Made by a program: the position numbers and the translations under genes | NCBI GenBank assembly: GCA_964514975.1 | Contig: CAZESS010000012.1 | Coordinates: 1-60,756 of the forward strand | DNA: 60,756 nt | Reading direction: 5' to 3' | DNA from: an uncultured Thermoplasmatales archaeon | Lineage (GTDB): Archaea > Thermoplasmatota > E2 > UBA202 > DSCA01 | Notes under the pieces: model-generated | Told to the model about the DNA's origin: nothing | Seen by the model: only the letters and a program-made list of their open reading frames with translations | The model's database searches: none | Part shown: one piece after another, positions 56,660 to 60,756 of the stretch | How positions within the stretch are numbered: position 1 is the stretch's first letter | How the letters are laid out: the number at the start of each line of letters is the position of its first letter

Positions 56660-57964
56660 CGATATGTAGCGGTCCAGGTTTTCGCGGGCGGTAGCTCGTT
56701 TTTCGTGCAGGTGCTCCAAAAATGTTGTCATGAGCTCCGCCGCTCGTTTTTTGCATGCCCCGCAGAGCTGGTCGCCGGCCCGGCAGTCCCGGTAGACCTG
56801 TTCGAGCTCTGCATCGCTGTCGATGAGATGGTAGAGGAACAGCTCGTAGAGCACGCATTGCTCGGGGTTGCCACCATGTTTTTTGTGTTCCTCCAGGGAC
56901 ACGGCACCGCCGGTCTTCGCGGACATGATTTTTTTCCGTGCTTTCTCGGGTGTGTCGGTGAGGAAGATGGCTGACTCGGGCTTGCTGCTGGACATTTTGC
57001 CGCCGGTGATACCGGTCATGAAGCGATGGTAGGTCGATGCGGGGGCGACGAAGCCGTAGCCGCCCTGTCGTTGCTCCTGCCCGGCCAGGGCGAGGTCGAC
57101 GGCGTCCATGTCATCCGGCGTGGCATCGTCGAGGTAAAGGGCCTTGTATGCGTCGTTGCGCTCCGACGTGTAGCCAAGATCCATCGTGGTCTGCTCTGCC
57201 AGGTCGAGCAGCCGTGTGACATTGCTGTCAGGTTTGACGAACACGGCAACCATGTCGTCTTTTGTGGTGGTGACGTTGTAGAGGCGGTGGGCGTTTGCGA
57301 TGCCCCGGGTGAAGCGGATGTGTGGGTCCTGGTCGACGCCGACGGGCACCAGGACGGGTTGTGCGCCGCCATGCTGCTCGAGCTGCGGGTGCAGGATGTC
57401 GCCGGCCTGGATGAGCGGGGATAGCACGTGCGCCATGTTGGTGGCGCCCTCGAAGCCGTAGATGGCGTTGACCTCCGACAGGTTTGTTTTTCTGCCGAGC
57501 AGGTAGCCGAGGTCCTTGACGTCGCTGTTCCGTGACTGGAAGTAGATGGTGCATGGCTCGAGGCCGAGAGCGAGGTAGTTGGTGATGTATTCCTCAACGG
57601 CGAGCCGCTCCGCCTCCTCGAGGCTGTAGCCGCGGGTCGCGTAGGCCTCGATGTCGGCGACGGCTATGAACACGTCGGCGCCGATGGCCTGATAGTACAG
57701 TATCTGGTCGAGCACCATTTTGTGGCCGAGATGCATTCGCCCGGATGGCATCAGACCGGTCATCAGGGCCCAGGGCTCATTGTGCATGGCTGCATGGATG
57801 ATGCGGTGGAAATCCCGGTGGCCGAAGACGATGCCCCGCCGGAAAAAATAGGGTGGCTCGGGCATGTCCTGCCAGAGGTCGGATGTGAGCTCCTGGATGC
57901 CGAACTGTTCACGGAGGCGGTTGTAGTCCTGGTACTGGGCCGAGCTCCACGGGTTTATCTGCAT
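56654..57964 (-). CDS. trpS: Tryptophanyl-tRNA synthetase
   Basis: PSGRMHLGH (HIGH), Q.GDILHPQ, PVGVDQDPH, KMSSS. Confidence 0.96.
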   Translation of the reverse strand: MQINPWSSAQYQDYNRLREQFGIQELTSDLWQDMPEPPYFFRRGIVFGHRDFHRIIHAAMHNEPWALMTGLMPSGRMHLGHKMVLDQILYYQAIGADVFIAVADIEAYATRGYSLEEAERLAVEEYITNYLALGLEPCTIYFQSRNSDVKDLGYLLGRKTNLSEVNAIYGFEGATNMAHVLSPLIQAGDILHPQLEQHGGAQPVLVPVGVDQDPHIRFTRGIANAHRLYNVTTTKDDMVAVFVKPDSNVTRLLDLAEQTTMDLGYTSERNDAYKALYLDDATPDDMDAVDLALAGQEQRQGGYGFVAPASTYHRFMTGITGGKMSSSKPESAIFLTDTPEKARKKIMSAKTGGAVSLEEHKKHGGNPEQCVLYELFLYHLIDSDAELEQVYRDCRAGDQLCGACKKRAAELMTTFLEHLHEKRATARENLDRYISL

Positions 57965-58006
57965 TGGGGCGTTTATCGCCCGTCGCTATATGTAGTTTTT
58001 GAAATG

Positions 58007-59173
58007 CTACTGCTTCGTCGTTGCCTCGGTCAGCCGGGTGACGTTGCTCCGGGTGAAGAAGCCGTCGAAGTCGCCGTAGCGGTGGATGTATTCGTTGACC
58101 AGCAGCGTGTGCTCCGACGGCGTGGTGAACGTCTGCCGGAGCCCCTCGTCGGGCGAGCCGACGAGCTCGAGGAGGTATTCCATGCCGTCCTCTTTGAGGG
58201 CGGCGAAGGTATCCGGGATGTTTTCCGTGTGAAATGCCATGTGGTGGACGCGCCGGCCATAGTTGTGGATGAACCGCTCGGTCGGCCCTGATGTCTCGTC
58301 GTCTTTGTAGGGCGCGATACCCGAGGTGAAAACCATGGCAAAGGCGTCGCTGCTCAGGCGGGCGACGTTGGTGATGGAGTTGAACTGTTTGACGTAGATG
58401 GCGAAGTCGAAATGATAGTTGGTGAGCTCCAGAAATTCGATTATGGCCCTGTCGCGCTGCCCCGCGGTGACCCTCGTCGCCGTGTGGTCGAGCCTGCCGA
58501 TGTTATCCAGATATGATCGGTCGGGCGTGGATGGCTGCCAGTCGATTGGCACAGCGCCTTGCGGCGAGAAATCACGCTGCCCGTGTTTCCATTCGATGAA
58601 CCCGAGGGCGTTGCCCGTGTATTTGGATGGCAGGGTCTGGATGTAGCGGCAGGCATCCGTTTCCTGCGGCATGTCGGTCATGAACGTGATGCCGCGCTGC
58701 TGCTGGATATCATGGTAGCGCTGCAGGTCCTTTGTTTCAAATATGAAGGTTTCGAGGCGCGTGTTGGGCAGATGTTCCGATTTTGGATGAAGGTTGTGCT
58801 GCCGGAACGGGTTGTCATCCGTTTGTGAGCGAACCAGGAAATCTGCTCCATCGGGTGCCTCCAAAACGTGCATTGCACCGCTGTTGGTTTCGTACCCCTG
58901 GCCATGTCGAAGGCCGGTGGTGGCGAGGAGTTCCTGCATGGCGGGGCGCAGCCGTTCTGGCTCGACATTGATGATGACGGCTGCGAGGTCGCCGACGAGT
59001 CCTTCAAGCCCGTTCTCTTTTCGTTCCCTGACGATGCGCTCTGCCTCCTGCTGCAGGTATTCGTCGCTCCGGTCGAAGTCGTAGACCTGTTCTCCCTGTG
59101 CGTTGCACCGGGGGCATCGCTCCCCGTCGGTCTGGTAGACGGCCTTGCAGTTGCTGCACACGAGCTGTGACAT
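58007..59173 (-). CDS. VOC-fold HPPD-like metalloprotein with N-terminal CxxC-x10-CxxC knuckle
   Basis: LDH, VHHMAF.T.NI, L.Q.FT, E.I.R...GF..SN pattern parallels 4-hydroxyphenylpyruvate dioxygenase. Confidence 0.7.
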   Translation of the reverse strand: MSQLVCSNCKAVYQTDGERCPRCNAQGEQVYDFDRSDEYLQQEAERIVRERKENGLEGLVGDLAAVIINVEPERLRPAMQELLATTGLRHGQGYETNSGAMHVLEAPDGADFLVRSQTDDNPFRQHNLHPKSEHLPNTRLETFIFETKDLQRYHDIQQQRGITFMTDMPQETDACRYIQTLPSKYTGNALGFIEWKHGQRDFSPQGAVPIDWQPSTPDRSYLDNIGRLDHTATRVTAGQRDRAIIEFLELTNYHFDFAIYVKQFNSITNVARLSSDAFAMVFTSGIAPYKDDETSGPTERFIHNYGRRVHHMAFHTENIPDTFAALKEDGMEYLLELVGSPDEGLRQTFTTPSEHTLLVNEYIHRYGDFDGFFTRSNVTRLTEATTKQ

Positions 59174-59318
59174 GTGGTTAACAGTGGTAAAACACGTTTA
59201 AGTGTTTGCCCTATCCAGCCTTTCTCTGAATGCTGAACGAATGGAAAGACTGACCCCGTTTACCCGTGTACCGCAACTTATAAATTATAATCCTTATTGG
59301 AAATAGTGAGATGATGGG

Positions 59319-60506
59319 ATGGAAGAAAAAAAGATAGGAGTATTTGTTATCGGTTTTATTCTTGTCACGGGAGGGCTTGTCGTCCTCGCCGACATGAACT
59401 CAGAGCGGCAATCACCCACTGACGACGAGGAGGCAGGCAGCATCGGGAAACCGGTCGCCCGGTGGACGTTCGACGAAGGAAGCGGAGCCGTCGTTCATGA
59501 CGTCTCCGGCAACGGCTTCCACGGCACCCTGCACGGCGGAACATGGATTTCCGGGCCGCTGAACGGCGCACTGGCATTGGACGGCGATGACGACTATGTG
59601 GAGATAACGCAGAATACCTCTGCAATGCGCAACCGGCTCGCGGAGCTCGGCCAGGGCTCGATATCGGTATGGTTCAGAGTCAACCACATCCCGACGGGTC
59701 ACGGCATCGCGCCCATCTTTTACTATGGCGCCGAGGAGCCCTGCACCAACTTTTTCGATGCAGCCAACCAGGGGCTCATCATCGAAGCCGGGCACAGCCC
59801 AATCCATCGCGGCTCGCAGCGGCTGTATTTCACCATCTGGGCGAACGGCTGCACCTATCCCTCGTTTTGCTATGACTCATGGCATCCGCTCAGCGAGAAC
59901 GAATGGTATCATTTCGTTGCCGTCGTCGGCGAAAACTACAACACCGGCTACCTGAACGGCGAAGAAATGGTCGACCGCAACTACAACTTTGGCACCTCCT
60001 CGTATTCCCAGTTTTTCGAAAACGCCGTGAAGCATGAAGCACTGTGGATGGGCCGTGGATACTGGGACGCCGTGGATGACCCCACACCGCTCTACACCGA
60101 AGGAGCAATAGACGACATCCGGATCTATGACCAGCCGCTGTCATCCCAAGAAATCAGTGACCTGTACAGTGAGCGAAATGACAGCGAGAACAGCCCGCCG
60201 GACGCCCCGTCCATCACCGGCCCCTCATCCGGGAAAAAAGGGCAGGAATACATCTACACGTTTGCAGCCGCTGACCCCGACGGCGACAAGGTCTACTATC
60301 AGGTTGAATGGGGCGGCGGATGCCCAGGCATCGAATGGAGAGGGCCCTATCCCTCCGGCGAGCCGATGACGTTTTCCAACACCTGGCAGACCGTCGGGAT
60401 TTACGTTATCAGAGCGCGGGCAATGGACACGACCGGGGAAAAAAGTCCATGGGAGACACTGTCGGTGAGCATGCCGAAATCATTCTCCGTCGGCAGCGAC
60501 AATTGA
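59319..60506 (+). CDS. Secreted LamG/concanavalin A-like protein with C-terminal PKD-like domain
   Basis: N-terminal TM, W.FDEGSG...D.SGNG, ALDGDDDYV, WYH, G.IDDIRIY, PP..PSITGP domain. Confidence 0.85.
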   Translation: MEEKKIGVFVIGFILVTGGLVVLADMNSERQSPTDDEEAGSIGKPVARWTFDEGSGAVVHDVSGNGFHGTLHGGTWISGPLNGALALDGDDDYVEITQNTSAMRNRLAELGQGSISVWFRVNHIPTGHGIAPIFYYGAEEPCTNFFDAANQGLIIEAGHSPIHRGSQRLYFTIWANGCTYPSFCYDSWHPLSENEWYHFVAVVGENYNTGYLNGEEMVDRNYNFGTSSYSQFFENAVKHEALWMGRGYWDAVDDPTPLYTEGAIDDIRIYDQPLSSQEISDLYSERNDSENSPPDAPSITGPSSGKKGQEYIYTFAAADPDGDKVYYQVEWGGGCPGIEWRGPYPSGEPMTFSNTWQTVGIYVIRARAMDTTGEKSPWETLSVSMPKSFSVGSDN

Positions 60507-60756
60507 CAGTAGCCTCTCCGTCATATTGAACGAGCTGGAAAAGGACATCCACGCCCTGCCCAGCTCCCCCTGTGGCCTCGATACTCGCCTGCACGCCGTG
60601 CCTCTCAAGGGGAACATGGACTTCTCGGAGATGGCCTCCCGCAGGAAACCAAACGGATTCGTCGGCAAGGATGCAGAACAGCCTCCGTCCCGGCCATATA
60701 TCCCAAGTTTGACACTTTGCACAGCTAATTTTGCCGGGAAAATAAGTTTGACAGTA

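Noticed and set aside
1-60756. CRISPR array, rRNA, IS elements
   Set aside because: No regularly spaced repeats, rRNA-like sequence, cas genes or transposases were seen on reading.

Overview
GC-rich archaeal chromosomal segment. Gene content (TFB, Alba, RPA pair, TiaS, Cbf5, Nob1, PINA, ThyX, Csp, many secreted beta-helix/PKD proteins) points to an anaerobic heterotroph, probably an uncultured Thermoplasmatota; that assignment is inference. The window has about 55 CDS, including a group 3b [NiFe]-hydrogenase operon with its protease, hypCAD, queDCE, a glpK/G3P-dehydrogenase operon facing a lysophospholipase, a glycosylation trio, an orphan 7TM-PAS histidine kinase, a probable S-layer gene and a 2115-aa AT-rich beta-helix surface protein. 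It also has three tRNAs (Ile2-CAT, Ser-GGA, His-GTG). No CRISPR array, integrase or transposase was seen. The best-supported unusual signal is a 21-nt intron at non-canonical position 59/60 (T-loop) of tRNA-His, with a canonical bulge-helix-bulge core. Other leads: a small membrane protein with six His at exact heptad spacing, an HPPD-like enzyme fused to a CxxC..CxxC knuckle, a winged-helix protein ending in a proteasome HbYX-like tail, a Cys-to-Asp change in the hydrogenase small subunit, two orphan promoter-hairpin units that may be sRNAs, and near-identical DNA boxes at the starts of beta-helix modules. All calls come from reading motifs; no database searches were run.
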